Part shown: positions 60,390 to 64,000 of the stretch, in pieces | How positions within the stretch are numbered: the stretch's first letter is position 1 | Layout: every line of letters starts with the position of its first letter | Source: a virus | DNA length: 64,000 nt | IMG/VR virus record: IMGVR_UViG_3300035099_000047 | Coordinates: 32,001 to 96,000 of that record | Direction: 5' to 3' (one strand) | Made by a program: the position numbers and the translations under genes | The notes under the pieces: model-generated | What the model was told of the DNA's origin: nothing | Database searches by the model: none | What the model saw: only the letters and a program-made list of their open reading frames with translations

Positions 60390-60569
60390 TTATGCCCGTT
60401 CTTTTTGCCGTTTCATTTCTTCTTTGAGCTCCGATTTCTCTTGGTGTGCTTCCAACAAGATGGCAGGCAAAAATATGGGCCATGTAAATATCAACCCTAG
60501 ACAGATCAAATACTTCTCTCCTAGACTATACTCTCCTGGTTCTCGATCGTGGTGACAAAACAGCGACAT
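60390..60569 (-). CDS. small single-pass membrane protein (59 aa, not in the ORF track)
   Basis: MSLFCHHD...YLICLGLIFTWPIFLPAILL...; RBS GGAGG. Confidence 0.45.
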   Translation of the reverse strand: MSLFCHHDREPGEYSLGEKYLICLGLIFTWPIFLPAILLEAHQEKSELKEEMKRQKERA

Positions 60570-60584
60570 TGTTCATCCTCCCTT

Positions 60585-60890
60585 CTAATCATCTTTCGCA
60601 GCACGAAACAAACCCCACAACAACAACGGTATCCCAACTATTGGGCAACCTCCTATGGTGAACACCAACCCACTAACAGTTTGCCAAGTGCCTTCTGATG
60701 AACAACTAGCCGGTTCACCTGTCATCATCCTACGGTTATGAGCCTCCACTGAACCTATATTCCAAGGGTGTGGTGTCCTTAAACCTAGAGCCCTGAATTC
60801 ATCGTCGGTCAACTCCTTGAGTTCAAGATTACCTCGCTTGTACTGCTCTCTCAAATAATCCAATCTCTCCTGTGACACATAGCCCATCAT
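60585..60890 (-). CDS. small membrane protein
   Basis: C-terminal hydrophobic segment. Confidence 0.5.
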   Translation of the reverse strand: MMGYVSQERLDYLREQYKRGNLELKELTDDEFRALGLRTPHPWNIGSVEAHNRRMMTGEPASCSSEGTWQTVSGLVFTIGGCPIVGIPLLLWGLFRAAKDD

Positions 60891-61301
60891 TTTTCCCTTT
60901 CATAGTAGAGCTTTGGAAATTCACCGTATCTATTCTACACATGAAAGGCCATCACCATAAAAATCACACACTGAATTTTCTAGCCCATAGTAACCAAGAA
61001 ACTCCAATTACCGGGAAACCACGGTATTTGATTCTAGCCAGACCTCCAACTCCTATGCATGAAAGGACCTCACCATGAAAATCCCAATGCAATAGGTGGC
61101 GTTAAAGTTTTTCTAGCTTGCAACCACTCCATCCCTGCCGTTACCCCATAATTCCTACATCCTTCTAATGGTCAACCCCCTACCATTTAACCCTACAAAA
61201 CCCTTACCTAACTACCTACCTTTTTCAACATACCATCCAACCAGTTATACACAATCATATGAACAACATTCAGTACCACATCACCCGATTCATTCAGCCT
61301 A

Positions 61302-62000
61302 TCAACTACAGGTTCCACGTCTACACCTGCCATTCAACCAGTTATACACCGTAACATGGGTAACATTCAATAGCATACCTTCCAACTCATTCAAACGACC
61401 AGCAATCTGCCTATAGGATAATCCAGACTCTCTCAGAGCTTTAGCTTTGCCTATAAATTTCATCCTTCTCTTTTTCCACTCCCTCCTAACTGGTCTACCC
61501 CCTTTGCTATGTTTAGCCACCTGTCCTCTATGCTGTTGATAGAACCTTACTTCACGGGGCAAAGCATCAGGATGCAAATCAGTTACCAACACTACCCCTT
61601 CAGTCCATTTCTTCAAGTCTTCCAAATCAACGTTACGAGCCTGAGCATTTGGGTTGCTATTACTGTGATAATCGGGATGACGTATGAACCTATCCGTTGT
61701 TTCTGCCAGTAGTTTAGCCCCAACCAGTCTAGCCTTATCAACCACCTTTGCTAACCAATATGGATCAATCCCACTACCTACATAGTTCACTTTGTTTATC
61801 ACAATTGCTCCAAGCTTAGCCGCCCTTTCAACCAAGTTCAATTCTTGATCTTTCAAGTTTGTTAAACGGTCATGACTAGCCTCTGAAACCCTGCAACACA
61901 AAATGACTTTATCACCTGGACACAACACTTCAGGAGACCACTTGATGTAGTTGCTAGCCTGCCCTCGTTCAAGACGAAGGTCCTTGGTGCGCTTAAACAT
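61302..62000 (-). CDS. serine recombinase (resolvase/invertase-like) with C-terminal HTH
   Basis: CRVS catalytic serine, GSG, DRFIR, GGRP, GLSYRQIA. Confidence 0.8.
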   Translation of the reverse strand: MFKRTKDLRLERGQASNYIKWSPEVLCPGDKVILCCRVSEASHDRLTNLKDQELNLVERAAKLGAIVINKVNYVGSGIDPYWLAKVVDKARLVGAKLLAETTDRFIRHPDYHSNSNPNAQARNVDLEDLKKWTEGVVLVTDLHPDALPREVRFYQQHRGQVAKHSKGGRPVRREWKKRRMKFIGKAKALRESGLSYRQIAGRLNELEGMLLNVTHVTVYNWLNGRCRRGTCS

Positions 62001-62259
62001 GAGAATCTAATCCTTTTCACGAAGGGTCTCACAGAGAATCTTACAGCTGTAGTCATCACACCAACAGCTGTAAGCCTAAACACTTTTGTTAAGCCTACAA
62101 GACAAGACAAAACAAAAAATCCCAGGCGGTGCAAACGGTTGTGATGGACCTCCCGCCTGGGACGAGGACCACCGAAAGGATTAGCGAACAGCAGTCCTCT
62201 AACCAACGACCCTGCTGTGAGGGCAGGGTTGAACCGTTGGCTTGAGCTTATTATACCCT

Positions 62260-62544
62260 TCATCGCTTGCCAAAAGCCCCATGAACTATTTTTGCTATGC
62301 ACTTCAAAAAAGACTCATCCCGCTTCGCTTTGTGTTTAGCTTCTTCACTCAACATTTCGTTCAACTTTTTGGTCATCATTGCCCGCTCTTGATGGGTCAA
62401 ACACCAGTATTCACTGGGGCTTACATTGCCATATTTAGCAAAAGCCGTTAAGCTTTCCACTACTTCACGGAGTTCTGGGCTTGGCACGCTGGACACGAAA
62501 AAAGTTTGCATCAAATGGAAGTATTTCCTCCCCCGCAAACCCAC
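62260..62544 (-). CDS. tail assembly chaperone extension (gp51/gpT-like), possible frameshift product
   Basis: Overlaps the end of the gp26-like gene in the +1 frame at TTT TTT C. Confidence 0.5.
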   Translation of the reverse strand: MGLRGRKYFHLMQTFFVSSVPSPELREVVESLTAFAKYGNVSPSEYWCLTHQERAMMTKKLNEMLSEEAKHKAKRDESFLKCIAKIVHGAFGKR

Positions 62545-63298
62545 AAGCCGGGCATTCCGAGTTCAAAATCAGATCAGCACCAAAATCCCTGGCTTTGATT
62601 TCCTCCTTTAACTGGCTCACATCAGCGGCTATCAAGTTTTCAACATATCGTAACTTCTGAACTGCATCCCGTTTCTCGCCATTGATGGTTTCAATATGGG
62701 TAGCCAAACGAATGCAATACGCCGGATCACCCTCTTCTACCGATTGTTGGTAGCGGGATTTAGCATACCGTCGTATGCTAATCTCATCCCGGTTGCGCAA
62801 CAAGCGGAACGTGAGCTTGTCCCCATTCATAGGCAATTCGCAGGGATATGGCTCACAATCATCTTCCTCACTAAGGCGAGTAACCCTCATGTCCTCTGGT
62901 ACCTTGACATCTTTGTGGTACTTAACCCCGCATTGAGGACATTGAAGCTGAAACTGGTATAAGCTGCCGTAAGACACATTGCGTAAACACATGAGGATGT
63001 AGAAAGTGTCACTCACTAGCAAATCCTCATAAGGTACAGCGCATTCCACCAGATTCCTACGGCAAAGGGTGTCAATGATGCTAACTTTGTCTGACTTTTG
63101 AGAGCCCAGGAGACTCTCATCCGCTGCCACCATCGGCGAGATAAAAACCTCACCACCCGGGAGCCGACCATCGTACAAGAACCCATTACTTGGCAAACTA
63201 ATGCGATACACATAGGGTCGCTTGAAACGCTCGTCGGTCACTCGGGTGATGTTGGTAGTGTGCAAACTGCGCTCCGGTTCCATTCTAGACCCTTTCAA
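62465..63298 (-). CDS. T4 gp26-like baseplate hub/tail assembly chaperone
   Basis: LPSNG, LRNVSYG, CPQC, CPAC...ANFF. Confidence 0.75.
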   Translation of the reverse strand: MKGSRMEPERSLHTTNITRVTDERFKRPYVYRISLPSNGFLYDGRLPGGEVFISPMVAADESLLGSQKSDKVSIIDTLCRRNLVECAVPYEDLLVSDTFYILMCLRNVSYGSLYQFQLQCPQCGVKYHKDVKVPEDMRVTRLSEEDDCEPYPCELPMNGDKLTFRLLRNRDEISIRRYAKSRYQQSVEEGDPAYCIRLATHIETINGEKRDAVQKLRYVENLIAADVSQLKEEIKARDFGADLILNSECPACGFAGEEILPFDANFFRVQRAKPRTP

Positions 63299-63304
63299 AA
63301 GTGA

Positions 63305-63871
63305 TTAACCCGTTGTTGCTGACGTTTCGATTTTGGGCAAGTCAATCTTGTCAATCACGAAGTCTACTGTCACCTGTACTTGGTCGTTGCCCGCCTGGTC
63401 CAAATCGTTGGCGGTGACCTTGCTAGGCCATATACCGTGGACCATGATACTTCGTACCGGTGACAAATCTGGACCCATGTTAATCAATGTGCCCGTGGAC
63501 TTATAATCCTTGGCGTAGCCAATTGCCCCCGTTTCAGGGTCAAACACCAGCTGATGCCAAGCTTTTAGCGTATCATACACCGAACGGTTCACCCAATCGT
63601 TGAACACCACAGTGATATTATCTCGGGTAACGCGACCCGCCACCTTGCGGTTCTCGTTGGCATAGGGGATTTCTATGAGCTCAACTGTATCAGCCGGGAA
63701 TCCACACGTGCGCAAGCTTACCCGCAATATATCATCTCTCAGTCCCCCCATTGTCACCCCTGCGCTCACTCGGGCTAAAGGGGGGATAGCGAGTTCCAAA
63801 CTCCAGTTGTTTGTTCTCAGGGGCTCATATGTCCCCGTACTGTCAGCAATTAGGTCAGCTATGTAAGGCAT
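63305..63871 (-). CDS. tail tube protein (T4 gp19-like)
   Basis: EPLRTNNW, KVAGR, WHQLVFDPETG...YK, GIWPS. Confidence 0.85.
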   Translation of the reverse strand: MPYIADLIADSTGTYEPLRTNNWSLELAIPPLARVSAGVTMGGLRDDILRVSLRTCGFPADTVELIEIPYANENRKVAGRVTRDNITVVFNDWVNRSVYDTLKAWHQLVFDPETGAIGYAKDYKSTGTLINMGPDLSPVRSIMVHGIWPSKVTANDLDQAGNDQVQVTVDFVIDKIDLPKIETSATTG

Positions 63872-63910
63872 AATCCAATCCTCCTATCAAAAGTTGTTCT
63901 TTTAGTTTCG

Positions 63911-64000
63911 TCAGACAACGTACTCAGTGAAGTTGGCTCCCTGCGGAGTCAACACAAACGTTAGCTGAATGATGCGGTCAGGCTTAATAGGCTTGAGCAC
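63911..64000 (-). CDS. tail sheath protein, C-terminal end only
   Basis: VLKPIKPDRIIQLTFVLTPQGANFTEYVV*, directly upstream of the tube gene. Confidence 0.75.
   Translation of the reverse strand: MLKPIKPDRIIQLTFVLTPQGANFTEYVV

Noticed and set aside
1-64000. tRNA or rRNA genes
   Set aside because: No convincing cloverleaf or T-loop was found by eye. tRNAscan would be needed to exclude them.

Overview
This window is part of a large lytic myovirus-like phage genome, coded almost entirely on the minus strand. From left to right it holds: (1) a sliding-clamp-like gene and a putative DNA-modification cluster with two SplB-like radical SAM enzymes, a PLP enzyme, two DUF2156/GNAT-like transferases and methyltransferases; (2) replication genes (DnaB-like helicase, two tandem wHTH initiator-like genes, HNH, primase, SNF2 helicase); (3) an accessory region with repeated sigma70-type promoters and a DUF1874/AcrIII-1-like ring nuclease; (4) a short plus-strand island; (5) a contractile-tail module (baseplate, spike, hub, tape measure, chaperones, tube, end of sheath). 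Two systems stand out. The first, at 15.6-18.0 kb, is a stand-alone Cas7/RAMP-like gene and a partner gene interleaved with three long phased 5-nt arrays (constant trinucleotide plus variable dinucleotide; GTC-NN on +, NN-GAC on the coding strand). This is a candidate RNA-guided system with a non-contiguous guide code. The second, at 38-51.5 kb, is a set of baseplate/tail proteins carrying very long SCIFF/ranthipeptide-like Cx3C tracts next to a radical SAM/SPASM maturase interrupted by two mini-inteins. This suggests RiPP-type cross-linking of virion proteins. All calls come from manual motif reading; no database searches were run.
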